A stretch of DNA of 64,000 nucleotides. Source: Penicillus capitatus (lineage: Eukaryota; Plantae; Chlorophyta). The notes under the pieces are model-generated. The model saw only the letters and a list, made by a program, of their open reading frames with translations, did no database searches and was not told where the DNA came from. The DNA lies in contig OZ287696.1 of the NCBI GenBank assembly GCA_965649825.1, positions 725,101-789,100 on the forward strand. Direction: 5' to 3'. Below are positions 35,401-48,380 of the stretch, in pieces (position 1 is the first letter of the stretch; every line of letters starts with the position of its first letter). The translations under genes and the position numbers were made by a program.

Positions 35401-36847
35401 CGGGAATATATCCCATCTCTTGACCCACTTGGCAACACAGTCCTTGGTACCACATTCTTTTCCCCTGTTCGCGTTGCAAAACGCGGTTGCTTTCGAGCTT
35501 CTGATCGAATTTTATCCGATGTGATATGCTCTTCTTTCCTAAACTGTCAAAACGCTGCGGCAGCTCTTGCAACAAAGATTCTATGTCCGCGACGCGTTCT
35601 CCTTTTGCACGAATGCGCAGCACTTCTTCGAAAAAGACTTCAAAAACATCATCATCCTCTATCCATCCCTCCTCAAGGATACGATTCTTCGTCAGCGTCA
35701 TAAATCTCTCTTCAGCTCTCTTCTGCGCATTCTCGTTCCCGTGGATCATAATTTGCGAAAGTTCATAGAGGGCACCACAGCGCAGTATCTTCAAATCGAC
35801 CTCTCTTCTTCTTTTAGACTGAATCTCTACCACAGCATCAAGCCCCTTGAAAAATATGTCCAGTACATTGTCTCCTCCTCGCACAACCAGCACTCTCGCC
35901 GCTTCCAAATCTTGCAGCAAGCAGATTATCGAAGCGTATTGATGTGCCGGACATGTTGGGGCATTCTCTGCACTGGCATCAAGTCTCTTCTCGAGAGCAT
36001 CAGGCTCAATCGATAGATGCACAGGCTCCGTCGAGGTATGAAGCAGTAATAGGATGCCACAACAGTAACCCAGCGTCAAACAGCGTAATGCCCGGAAGAT
36101 GCAGTTGTCCGTTGTGCCAAGACGTTGGATGCTCTGCTCAATGAGAGCGAAATGGAATCGAAGTGGATAGTAATTGAATGAGTTTCGGAGCTCGATTCGC
36201 TTCTTGCTGACTTCTTTGAGAATCGAGCGCTTGTCCTCTGGATACAAACGCGTGTAACACATCTCTCGAAGGTAAAAAACAATCAGATGCAGCGCCACAA
36301 ATGTGGGTCGGTATCTCTCGAAATCCACCGCTTGCAGATCGGGATGCGGCGACAGACTCCTCATGAGCCGTATTGCCAGAGGCATCAGTAATGTATCGTC
36401 ATCGATGACCTTCCTGTGCGCAGACAGGAGTGCCTCGTGAAGCGCCTTCGCAATTTCTGGTTTGGTATCTTCATTCTCAGGTATCGCATGACGGATATCA
36501 GAGAACAGAGATCTGAGAAGGCGCTCGGCCCGGTCATTCCGTGGCTTGATCTTCGCCAGTTGTGTATACTCTATAGTGGCTTCGATGCTCCGAGTTTCCT
36601 GAGCCTTTTCTGCGAATTCTTGCAGCCATTTGAACAGAATCTTCCGCTCCTCGGAATCTTGCACTTCATTAAATGCTTGGACGAGCTTTGCTGTCGATTC
36701 AATCTTGTAATCCCAAGCGAGTCGGCGCAACAGACGGTGCTCGTAACGCTCACGCTCATAGGGACTCATCCTAGACGGTCGCCGAACAAGCGTCTGTGTT
36801 GAAGGACTTCTATCGCCAGGTGTATCGCCAGCATTTCTTGACGGCAT
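32442..36847 (-). CDS. NACHT (NLR-like STAND NTPase) protein 2: helical N-terminal domain, NACHT, and degenerate HEAT/ARM-like C-terminus
   Basis: ORFs of 518 and 955 aa joined by a phase-0 GT-AG intron at 35289-35335. LYGDPGTGKT, LLILDGLDE and YRFPHNTFQEYF; about 500 aa of helical C-terminus. Confidence 0.9.
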
Positions 36848-37017
36848 CTGCCTGGAAGGGAAGTTGTTGGAAGGAACGGTAATAGGCTAAACGTTTTCGT
36901 TTTCTTCGCGAACTGAGTAAGTTCACAGCAGAGTTCTTAACAAGAATTCTCGAAATGGTCAATTACCATTGTGTGCATTGATTTACGTCATCCTTGAGTT
37001 TGGGAGATATTCGCGCC

Positions 37018-39389
37018 ATGCGAAGCAACGAGCCACAGTGGGCCGTTCTCGAAATGGAAAACGAACCTGAAGATGCGCAGTTGTCGCCCATCTACGATTT
37101 CAACACCCGAAGGTGAAGATTGACCATCGGATGACCACGCCTTATCCATCCCTCATCCAGAAACCATTGGAAAGAATGGCGCACGTATTCGCGGAAGCAT
37201 TACACCCGTTGGGTAGAGATCCGTAAGGACAGCGTGTTGTTCTCTCTTATCCCTTGCTCTCTGTTCTGTGCAGTGATTTGGATTGTCCTCTGTTCATTGA
37301 CCATCACCTTCCTCTGTTTGTACATCTCTGCCAAAGATTTAAAGTCTTCACGTGCGGACAACCACGGCGGACAGGAGTCGCTCGGAGAATCGGCCAATTC
37401 TTTGTTTTACTCGGAGACAGGCTACAGCCCCTTCCGCCGCTTTGAAATGAACTCGGATTATCGTGACGTGCCACGCACGCAAACATCATCAAGAGGGATG
37501 GTGGCATCGGATCATGGGAAGTGCTCGGACATGGGTGGGAAGATCCTGAACTGGGGTGGTAATGCTATGGATGCCGCCGTGACGACGGCGCTTTGCATCG
37601 GCATCCGTAATCCATTCGCAAGCGGCACGGGTGGAGGAACGTTCATACTAGTTCATCTGAAGGACGGGACATCCACTGTGATCGATGCACGGGAAGTTGC
37701 GCCAGGCCATGCCACGCAAGACATGTTCGAAGGTAGAGGACAGACAGCAGATCACCCTTGTGCTCTGTCTGAGATGTCAACCAGGTCACGCTCGCCTCGA
37801 TTCAGCTTCGGGAGGACTGTCGATTGCGGTTCCGATGGAATTGTTGGGTCTTGAGATGCTGCATAAAAAGTACGGGGACTTGACATGGAAAGAAGTAGTG
37901 GAGCCCGTCATACCTCTCGCCCGAGATGGCTTCGAAGCCAATCCTGAGCTGGTGATTACTATGCAGATGAACTTTACACGCGACAACATCACCACAGTGC
38001 ACTTCTCCATAACCGTGATCTAAACTGAGATGACTGTTGCAGATGCCGGACTCGATCAAAGAGACGTTCTTTATTCTCGACGAAGGTGTTTGGCGTCTGC
38101 CAAATGTCGGGGAACGCTGCTGCAAGAGGCCAGTATTGGCAGCGACACTGGAGCGCACAATCGAAGAAGGGGTCCAGCATATGTATAACACAGAATGGGG
38201 CGATGATTTGATCAGGGACATTAATGAGCTCCCGTTTCCAGGAATCTTTGAGAAGAAAGATTTGAGGCGTTCCAGGCCCGTCGTCAAAGAGCCGATTAGG
38301 GGAAAGGTTTTCGGAATGGATGTGGTCTCTGTTCCGCCGCCCTCTTCGAGTGCGACACTGATCATGGCTCTGCAGTTTATGGAATCGTATTCCAATCATG
38401 CAAACCAGACACTCAACTATCACAGAATGGTAGATCTGCATCGACCCCTTGAACTATAACCGCCATCTGTTTCAGGTGGAGGCCATGAAGCATATGTTTG
38501 CTGTCCGTTCGCATTTTGGAGATACTGGCACGGAAAACGAGTTCCTGGATATGAACAAAGTGCTCAAAGCGATCTCGACATCATCATTTATCGAGGAACT
38601 GAGGTAAAGTCCATTGCTGTCACGATAAGCGGATACACGTAGAGTGGCATGGCAGACACATCACAACGGATTCTGGCGTCCAAGATATATATGCATACGG
38701 TGGACGCTACTATCGGACGACTGACATCCTGTTGGATAAAGGAACGTCGCAGATTGTAACGGCGGATAGATATGGCAATGCTGTGTCCATGACCACCAGC
38801 ATCAATTGGCATTTCGGATCGTTGATGATTGGAAAGAGAACTGGACTTCTATTGAACAACCACATGGACGACTTCACCACCCCTGGCGTGCTAAATCCAT
38901 CCAGCAGTGCCCAGTTCCTGAAGAACGCGAGCAATTTCATCGCTCCGGGAAGAAAGCCACTATCGTCCATGTCCCCTCTCATCTTCACAGAGAACAAGAA
39001 GCTGAAACTGGCCATCGGCGCTTCCGGAGGCTATCAAATCCTCACGGCGTTGCTGCAGGTGCTGTACAGGCATTTTCGCATGGGAACAGATCTTGAGACG
39101 GCCATCAATACCGGAAGACTTTCGTGCTACGCCGATGTTGTCTATGTGGAAGATGTTCAGAGAGGACATGCAGAATTCGATACTTCAGATGAAATCCTCC
39201 AGTTCCTCGAGAGCCTCGTCTGCAGCTCTGTGCACGTCTCCTATGTCTAAGCGAGCATGCATTTAGGGACATCACGTGCAAACGGACCAGCGTCTTTCAA
39301 GCGTCGTGGCGGTGGAGGTGACCGAAGAGGGCAAGTTTCGTGGATTTGTCGATCCGCGCAAAGATGGGACATCCGCTAGCAATGTATGA
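37018..39389 (+). CDS. GGT: Gamma-glutamyltranspeptidase copy 1 (type II membrane anchor)
   Basis: GMVASDHGKCS, GGNAMDAAVTTALC, SGTGGGTF, IDAREVAP, IAVPMEL, catalytic GTSQ, SMTTSINWHFGS, PLSSMSP and DPRKDG. N-terminal hydrophobic helix. Confidence 0.92.
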
Positions 39390-40012
39390 CGTTCTTGACG
39401 GCACTTAGTCGTCTACAGTCGTTTCAGCGCTTCGCGCTTTCGGACGTACATGAAATCACGTTCGATCGCTTTGTAAGCACGCTTAGAGAGAACCTCATCT
39501 ATCTAGTTTTCCTTAAATTTTTTCTTCGGACATCACACTGGAAGGTACCCTTTCCAAACTCGCAGAGAACAGCCATTTGGCAAAAAACCGCATAACGGAC
39601 GACTTCGCAAATGAATCAGGCAGCTTCATGAGACCCATTGTTCACGAAGCGTGTAATCTGGATGATGTCGTTTCACTCAGCGACGGAGACTTGATGAAGA
39701 TGCACTGTCCCTTCGATCGGCATTGTCACGCTCTCGCGTTAATGATTTTCATTTCTGTGCTTAGTTACATCGTGTCTGCCTTATTTCGCAGAGGTCCTCT
39801 CTTCCAACGGGCGCTTACTAACGGTTTACGACATCCTAGAAGCGTATTTCTCTGGCTCTGAGAGCTGGCTGACTCACCTACCGAGGGAAGTCTTGTCACA
39901 TTTAACGTATAAATAGGCGAATTCGAATCTTAGAAAGCCCCGCTCCGTAAGGTTACAGGTTACAGAGTCTTTCGCTGTACACCTCTGAAGCGCGGCTGAC
40001 GTGACAGTCGTC

Positions 40013-42383
40013 ATGCGTAGCAACGAATCGCAGCGGGCTGTTCTCAAAATTAAAAACGAACCCGAAGATGCGCAGTTGTCGCCCATCTACGATTTCAACA
40101 CCCGAAGGTGACGACTTGCCATCGGATAGCTACGCCTTATCTATCCCTCAAGGAACCATTGGAAAGAATGGCGCATGTATTCGCGGAAGCATTCCAACCG
40201 TTGGGTAAAGATCTGTAAGGCCAGCATGCTGTTCTTGCTTATCACTCGCTCTCTGTTCTGTGCAGTGGTCTGGATTGTCATCTGCTTTTTGACCAACACC
40301 CTCCTCTGTTTGTACATCTCTGCCAGCGATTCGAAACCTTTACGTGCAAGAAACTACGACACTGAGGACTCGTTCGGAGAATCGGCCGGGTCTTTGTTTT
40401 ACTCGGCTTCAGGCTACACCCCCTTCCACAATTTTTGTTGAACTCGGATTATCGTGACGTGCCACGCACGCAAACATCATCCAGAGGGATGGTGGCATCG
40501 GATCATGGGAAGTGCTCGGATATGGGTGGGAAGATCCTGAACTGGAATGGTAACGCTATGGATGCCGCCGTGACGACGGCGCTTTGCATCGGCATCCGTA
40601 ATCCATTCGCAAGCGGCACAGGTGGAGGGACGTTCATACTGGTCCATCTTGACAACGGGACATCCACTGTGATCGATGCACGGGAAGTTGCTCCAAAACG
40701 CGCGACTGAAGAAATGTTCAAAGGTAGAGGAAGCGACAGATCACCCCTGTTCTCTGTCCAAATTGTCATCCAGGTCACGCTCGTCTTGATTCAGCCTCGG
40801 GAGGATTGTCGATTGCGGTTCCGATGGAATTGTTGGGTCTCGAGATGCTGCACAAAAAGTACGGGAAGTTGACATGGAAGGAAGTAGTGGAGCTTGTCAT
40901 ACCTCTCGCCGAAGATGGCTTCGACGCCAATCCCGAGCTAGTGTATATGCTGCGGGAGGGCTTTACACGCTCCGGCGTCACCACAGTGCACTTCTCATAG
41001 CCGTGATCTAAACTGAGATGACCGTTGCAGATGCCGGACTCGATCAAAGAGACGTTCTTTATTCTCGACGAAGGTGTTTGGCGTCTGCCAAATGTCGGAG
41101 AACGGTGCTGCCAGAGGCCAGCATTGGCAAAGACTCTTAAGCGCACAATTAAAGAAGGGGTCGAGCATATGTATAACACAGGATGGGGCGACAAATTGAT
41201 TAGGGACATTAATGAGCTCCCGTTTCCAGGAATCTTTAAGAAGAAAGATTTGAGGCGTTCCAGGCCCGTCGTCAAGGAGCCGATCAAGGCAAAGGTCTTC
41301 GGAATGGATGTGTTGACTGTTCCGCCACCCTCTTCAGGCGCGACACTGATTATGGCGCTTAAATTTTTGGATTTGTATCACGATCATCCAAACGAGAATC
41401 TCAGCGACCACAGAATGGTAGATCTGCATCGACCCCTTGAGCTGTGGCTATCTGTTTCGGGTGGAGGCCATGAAGCATATGTTTGCTGTCCGTTCGCATT
41501 TAGGAGATCCTGGCCCGGATAATAAGTTCCTGAATCTGGACAAACTGCTCAAAAATATATTGAAAAAATCATTCGTCAAGAAACTTAAGTAAAGTCCATT
41601 GCTGTCACGATAAGCGGACACACGTAGAGTGGCATGGCAGACACATCACAACGGATTCTGGCGTCCAAGATATATATGCATACGGTGCGAAGTACCACTA
41701 TAGGCATGAGGTACTGTTGGATGAAGGAACGTCGCACATTGTTACCGCGGATAGATATGGCAATACTGTGTCCATGACCACCAGTATCAATTGGCATTTC
41801 GGATCGTTGATGATTGGAAAGAGGACTGGACTTCTATTGAACAACCACATGAACGACTTCACCACCCCTGGTGTGCTAAATCCATCCAGCAGCGCCCAGT
41901 TCCTGAAGAGCACGGACAATCTCATCGTTCGGAGAAGAAAGCCACTATCCTCCATGTCCCCTCTCGTCTTCACAGAGAACAAGAAGCTGAAACTGGCCAT
42001 CGGCGCTTCCGGAGGCTATCAAATCCTCACGGCATTGCTGCAGGTGCTGTACAGGCATTTGAGCGTGGGAACAGATCTTGAGACGGCCATCAATACCGGA
42101 AGACTTTCGTGCTACGCCGATGTTGTCTATGTGGAAGATGTTCAGAGAGGACATGCAGAATTCGATACTTCAGATGAAATCCTCCAGTTCCTCGAGAGCC
42201 TCGTCTGCAGCTCTGTGCACGTCTCCTATGTCTAAGCGAGCATGCATTTAGGGACATCACGTGCAAACGGACCAGCGTCTTTCAAGCGTCGTAGCGGTGG
42301 AGGTAACTGAAGAGGGCAAGTTTCGTGGATATGTCGATCCGCGCAAAGATGGGACATCCGCCAGCAATCTTTGCCACTGTTGA
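40013..42383 (+). pseudogene. GGT: Gamma-glutamyltranspeptidase copy 2, probably disabled
   Basis: Paralogue of copy 1. A 1-nt deletion in the T-run at 40432-40436 gives a stop at 40439-40441. The intron acceptor at 41459-41460 is GG where copy 1 has AG (38474-38475). Confidence 0.75.
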
Positions 42384-42660
42384 CGGCATTTAGTCGTCCA
42401 CAGTCGTTTCAGCGATTTGTGCTTTTAACCGGGCACGCGAAATTACGTTCGATCGCTTTGTAACCGTGTTTTGAGAAAACCTCATCTATCTGTTTCCTTA
42501 AATTTTTCTTCGGACATCACACTGGAAGGTACCCTTTCCAAACTCGCAGAGAACAGCCATTTGGCAAAAAACCGCATAACGGACGACTTCGCAAATGAAT
42601 CAGGCAGCTTCATGAGACCCATTGTTCACGAAGCGTGTAATCTGGATGATGTCGTTTCAC

Positions 42661-43492
42661 TCAGCGACGGAGAATCGATGAAGATGCACTGTCGCTTGGA
42701 TCGGCATTGTCGCGTCTTCGCATTCTGGACCGTCTGAAACTGGGTGCATTGCACATCGTGACATTCAACGGGCTTCCTGAACTCGTAAGAGTCACTCTAC
42801 ATCCACATACACTCCGAGAGCCTGTCACATCAAGCAAAGTGTGACCTGTGCCGTTTCCCATCATGCGTCGGCGTATCAAAGACTTCGACATCGTGGGATC
42901 CCGTTACGACAAAGAGATTCGAATGGCGCAGCTCTGGGATGTCTGCGAGATCCGACAATCGAACGTAGGCATTGGACAGGATCTCTTCATCACGTTCTTG
43001 TGCCCTCATGGCTTCGTGAACCCGACAAATGTCTTCTTCGACTCTGCGTCGAGCGATCTGCGATGCACAGATGATCGATGCAATGACGAAAGCGTCATTA
43101 CCTCGAGTTGCGCAATACGCGTATGCAATGCCGCGATGCGTTGGGCTTCATCTGGATCTGATGGAGAGCCTGCGCAGTTACCAATCCACTTCATTGTGCT
43201 CTTACGGCATCGAGACACGAGGTCGACGCCTTCGAGCACATTCGTCACATCATAGATGCGTCGTTTCTTCACCTACACGCATAACGCCATCCATCGCCGC
43301 CACGATCGATACCTTCATTGTATCACGGACGTTCAGCACAGATGCTGCGTAGGAGAGGTCCACGATACCATCAGGCGAACGCGCCATCAGGTCGATGAAC
43401 TTTGACGCGAGTGCTCCGAGTGAATTGTCCGACGTGGCGTCTCCATCCGTCTTCTGCTGTCGTCGCGCGGTTCTTCGAGTTGCGCGTTCCAT
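42661..43492 (-). CDS. E2F: E2F-family transcription factor (winged-helix plus coiled-coil/marked box); start codon uncertain
   Basis: SLGALASKFIDLM...DGIVDLSYAASVLN|VKKRRIYDVTNVLEGVDL...KW, then NAYVRLSDL and a final exon RVTLTSSGSPLNV. Confidence 0.85.
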
Positions 43493-43892
43493 CTTCTGCT
43501 GCCGACGACCTAAACAACAACTCCCGCCACATGCGACGCGACATCCGCGCAAGGGGACGGTTAGGAAACGCGCGATGATGAAACGGGGAGAAGAAAGCGT
43601 AGAGCTTCGAAAATGGACACGACGTGCGTTCGAGACATTCTTGTCGATCGCGCAGGGCGTTGTAGACAGACGGTCAGCTATCGACGGACTCAACGCGTCT
43701 GTACCGTTGGAACGAACGCAACCGTTATGAAAGAGGCGCACGGACTTGGGTTAGGTATGTCTTCCGATGTGAATCTTTCGTCTTGGAAAGACGCTTGACG
43801 ATATCTGAGGCGGCGTCTGCGTTTGACACGCTGCTCACGGGGTGCTTTCGAAAAACGGAATCGCGATCTCACAATTGCGCGCCAATTTCCTC

Positions 43893-45082
43893 ATGAATTG
43901 CGATTGGTGTGGACTCCCATGCTCGAATGCCCTGTCCTGTCCGCGATGTCACGCCGTCTATTACTGTTGCGAGGAACACGCGAAGCGACACCGTCGAGCG
44001 CCGCACAAAGACGTCTGTGCTCGACTGAATTGCCAACGAAAGAGGGTCACCACCTTCCCATCCCTCGCGCACTGACCGATCGCATTGCTGCTTAGGTGAT
44101 CCCCGACAAGCCACCTCTTGAAAAAAGCTATGCGTTGGATGCTCCTCTGTGGCATGGATTTCACTATGGAGTCCCTGTCCCAGTGTCAAGGGTGCCCCGA
44201 CGACAATGGACGTGTCTTTGGGGACTGGCACCGGATTCTGTGCCGTGTCTGGAATCCAGAATCTCCCCCTCGATGATGTGGTCCATAGCCACCTGGAGAG
44301 ACTACTTTGCTGTAAGGGGAGTACGTCAACCGTCGCCTCTTCCTGTTCTCATGCAGTATCCACTGTCGATCTACTATGCCCTGCTCCTGAAGCAGCACCT
44401 CTGTCCTGACGATCAAGTGCCCACCAGGAAGGGCATAACGATCTGCTATTTGGGTCCCGAAGTGGAACTGTCCATTCTTCCAGTGTTCTGGGAATTGGGA
44501 AGTTTACTGGGGTCCTTCGACCTTCACATTCACTTCATCGGCCCCGAAGTGCAGCAGAACGGGACGACCTCGAATCTGAACCCGCCCTCTACTCAATGCA
44601 ACGATTCGGAGTGCATCTGCAGAAAGGCACGTGGACTTGAGTCGACTCCACTAACCGTCGAGCTGCTGGACCAAGAAGCAAAGATCACCCTGTCGAGAAT
44701 CACGCCACAGATGCCAGAAAACGAATGTCAAACGTCGATCACGCTTCACACACATACAGGTTTCTATCACACGTGTGATCTGGGGGAAGACCAGCCATCG
44801 TTGGTGTTTGCTTCCAATGCTGGCATTGAACTGTATCCATCATGGATTCCCACACTTGAGAAGCTCACAAGCAGCAGAACGTTTACTGTTTTGACGGATT
44901 ACACCGAAGAGGCCATCTATCGCAGTGTTCAGTTTCTAAAGATGCTTGGATATCGCCCCAGTCTCACATTCCTTAATCCCTTCTGCAATCCGCTGTCAGA
45001 TGAAAGGGCTGGAATTGCTGTCCCGTGTCACAGCAATGGTTTTGGGTTGATTCTCAATGGCGGCGCGTTAAGCAGCATCTGA
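43893..45082 (+). CDS. MYND zinc-finger / MSS51-like protein
   Basis: CDWC...CPRCHAVYYCCEEHAKRH...HKDVC, intron 44046-44095, then WRDYFAVRG, PLSIYYAL, LGPEVEL, HIHFIGPE, NAGIELYPSW and NPF. Confidence 0.85.
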
Positions 45083-47795
45083 TTTGTATTCCTCAGATGC
45101 AAATTTGATCCAGTCGACAAAAGACAGATATCCATTAAACACGACACCAGATTCGCCCTCTAGCGGTTCCTTCAGCTGAAGTGGATCATCCAGCAGCTTT
45201 TCCATGAAGGCCTTGGAATTTTCGTCGCCTTCTCTCGCTGTAAAGTACCGTGGAGCATTCTTGCGACTTTGGCGTAGTTCATTGACCGATTGCCGGATGA
45301 GTGATGAAGGAGAGGGTGGATAAGGCAACTCAGAGTCCTTTAGGTACAGCACACCGACCGTGTCATACGCATCCATCAAGAAGAGCGGTGCCTGGGAGAG
45401 TTTCATCGCCACACGGCTAAGGGAATGACAGGGAAACGCCTAGGATGCATACCTGTGGGTCACTTTTCCATAGACTGAAGGGCTGACCTGGTTGTGAAGA
45501 GACCAGAAGCTCGAAACATTGGGATAGATGGCTCGTTGCAGATCGGCAGGAGGCAGACCGGTCCACAGATGTTGCAGATAGATCTGGTGATCATCTGTGC
45601 CCCGTGTGAAGCCGCCAAGAAGCAGTGGACTCCGCAACAGGCCGTAGACAAGGCGGATGAGCGGCTGGAATGACTCGCGTTCCACAAAGGACTCGGATGG
45701 CACGTGCCGTTTGTACGAGGCGGCAAGAATGATGAGCCAATCCTGAAGAAGGACAGCTGCCTTGAGGACGCCCTCTGTCTTTGCAGCCACCATGACTTTG
45801 TGCATCAGGAATGCTGCCACCACATCTGAGTGGATCTTTTCGTAGATCTCCGCCGGAACCATCGAAATGTTAACTTGAACCGTTGCAATTCTGAGCCGCT
45901 TTTGAAGTTCGAATCGATTGCCGGCCTCTTCTTTGGATGTAAATACGGGCTTGGTGTATTGGAAGGCAATTTGGAGGGCGATCGGGGCGACAAGCTGCTC
46001 CGTGTGCTCCATATCCAGACTGAAGGTCTCGTAAGGATCGCACGAGATGATGTGATAGAGATCTTCATACAGCGAATCTCTCATGAGGCGGCCATAGGAT
46101 TTGGCAATCTTTAACTGTGGCGGCAGTCGTATGCGCATGAGGCATGCTTGCGCATGGACCATCGACAGGTGACGGAACAGATCTTGTGTGAGCATTGTTT
46201 CAGAGAGCGAGCGATAGAGCCACACGCCGCCTCCTGTCAGAGATGCAAGGGGCGAGAGCACTTCAAGACACACAGATCGAGAAGGAAGCAGAAAGAGATC
46301 CAACACAACGCCGAGAGATGCAGCGACAATACCCGTCTGGCTATAGAATTCACTAACGGCGGCCGCCGCCATTTCAAGCTCCTAGCAACACAACGTCGAA
46401 AGGGGCGTTCAGTGGATACATCTGCCTAAACTTTTGTAGCCATTGGACTGTTGGCCTTGCTGCCGACATAGGCCTTGCTTGCAAGATAGGGTTCCAGATT
46501 TCCAAGTCCCAATGTTGGTGGGCCAGTTAAGAAGGACAGGATTCGGATTGTCTGCGTAACATCTCCTTTTGTTTCGCTGTCTTCTTTCTCGTGACCGAGC
46601 GGCTTCTAAAGACACGACCTCTTTTGTACCGGACACCATTTGAATACGTGAACTCCGACAAAGTACTGTAGCAGAGCTTGAAGGACAGTTCCGTAAGCTT
46701 GACCCGACTTCAGGCTCTTGACTCGATCTCTGGATGTCTGGCGGCGATGGAGCAAGCGTTGATGTGCCAACCTAGAGACAGTGATTCTTTTCTCTCTTGC
46801 TGAAGCGGATCGCACGTGCCTCTGTTTGGAGAGGAACAGATCTGTGCTCAATATGTTCAAGCGCTTGCGAGATGGTGGCCTTGCACAGACCCACCGGAGT
46901 CAGGAACTGTTCAAGAGGCAAGATATCTTCCAGGTCTGCCATAAGAGGAACCCCATCCAGCACAGCAAGAGATCGAGAGCTCGGCGCCGGACCTCTGACG
47001 TCCAGTAATCGCACCTACACCTCAGCATGGCATCTCAAAGGCGTCAGGAAGTGTGACAAACGCGGTCGTCAAAAGTGAGGATGCCGATCAGAGAATCGGG
47101 TGGCAGGACATCCAGATTGGCCATCAGAGCATTCTTAATACTCTCCAGCGATTCTTCGTTGCAGTAGGTGTCAATCAGAGCAATCGTCACTGGGAATCCT
47201 TCAGGAATCTGCCGTTCCTACAGCTATCCGAGATGCACAACGATCGCCTCTCCAGTCAACATCTCACACTCTGCTCGTCGATCTCTTCGTCCTCCAATCG
47301 AGGCTCGTGCACATGAAGATCCACGACATTCGAGAGAAGCGTAGCAGGACACCGATCCCCTGTTCTGTGTAGGTAACTGTGGCAAAGCATCCGTCTGTTT
47401 TGGATGGTGCTGTCAAAGGGTGACTGGCCTGAAGTGAAGATCGAGGGAGAAGGTATTCTTGGCGCCACACAGCGAACAGGTCCATTTGTTCGAGTTCAGA
47501 ACGCAGTAGACATTGATATAGCTACAGATGCGACGTTCTCTTCCGCAGCAGAGCAGGCAGAGTATTACGCAAAGCAGCGATGGCATCTGGGTGTCGATTT
47601 TGGATGCGTCTTCTGGTTGTTCGGCTGCCAGACGACTTGGGCATCCTCTGCCAAAGGTGTGACCGCCATGCCAAAAGGCAGACCACATGCTTTCTTCAGC
47701 TCCCCTGCTGGCTCAGAAGCTCGAAGCTCAATACGCGACGATGAGTGCCGATGACCTGACGAGGGAAAGGCCGTAAGGGTGAACTCAATCTTCAT
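45068..47795 (-). CDS. Sec23/Sec24-family protein, most like the plant SEC23D-type
   Basis: GLPFGMAVTP, zinc finger RCHRCFA|YINVYC...WTCSLCG, LVLFLAGPPNIGLG trunk region, RLRIATV and RLVYGLLRSPLL. Confidence 0.85.
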
Positions 47796-47882
47796 CTCTG
47801 TCCTATCGAATGCGTCTTGTCGCTGAAACGGGAGAGACAGTACGCCACGCAGTCTATGATGTGACATTCCGTTCCGGTCGAC

Positions 47883-48380
47883 ATGCTTCAAAAGAAATGC
47901 GCGCTCAAGAAGAAGTCCCGGTCGAAGAGGACGCGCCCGACGTCCACCGGATTGTCCGTCGGATTGCGAGCGAATGGCTCTGGTGTCCGAAAAACCAACG
48001 GCGAAGCTCATATTGCTTCTCTGACTGACGAAGGAATCTCAACAAGGAGTGTCGACTGCGAAACAGAGCTCACACCATACAGATTGGCCTTCCAACGGCA
48101 CATCAATTCCATATTGGATGAATTGGGTAGGCGCTCTCTGCTCGGGTCCCATCCAAACATGACAACAGATGTGATAGAGGCGGAATGGATGGGCCCGCTC
48201 GAAAGGCAACGCATCGAGAAAGAGATGAGCGATGTCCAGATGACTGCTCTCGCTGTGATGAAGGAACTCGAAATGCTGCGCTCCGAAGTGACGCCGCTTC
48301 CACAGAAGAAGAACTTAGATGACTTGATCGGGTGTCTCGGTGATATGTTGAAAGACAGCAGCAGCAAGAGAAACGGTTAA
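47883..48380 (+). CDS. Hypothetical protein, 165 aa, basic N-terminus with helical C-terminus
   Basis: Single ATG-initiated ORF, divergent from the SEC23-like gene, with protein-like composition. Confidence 0.55.
   Translation: MLQKKCALKKKSRSKRTRPTSTGLSVGLRANGSGVRKTNGEAHIASLTDEGISTRSVDCETELTPYRLAFQRHINSILDELGRRSLLGSHPNMTTDVIEAEWMGPLERQRIEKEMSDVQMTALAVMKELEMLRSEVTPLPQKKNLDDLIGCLGDMLKDSSSKRNG

Larger units (their letters stand above)
37018..42730 (+). repeat. Tandem segmental duplication, period about 2,995 bp (approx. 37018-39740 and 40013-42730)
   Basis: Collinear similarity from the GGT first exon through to the 3' end of the neighbouring E2F gene. Confidence 0.9.
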
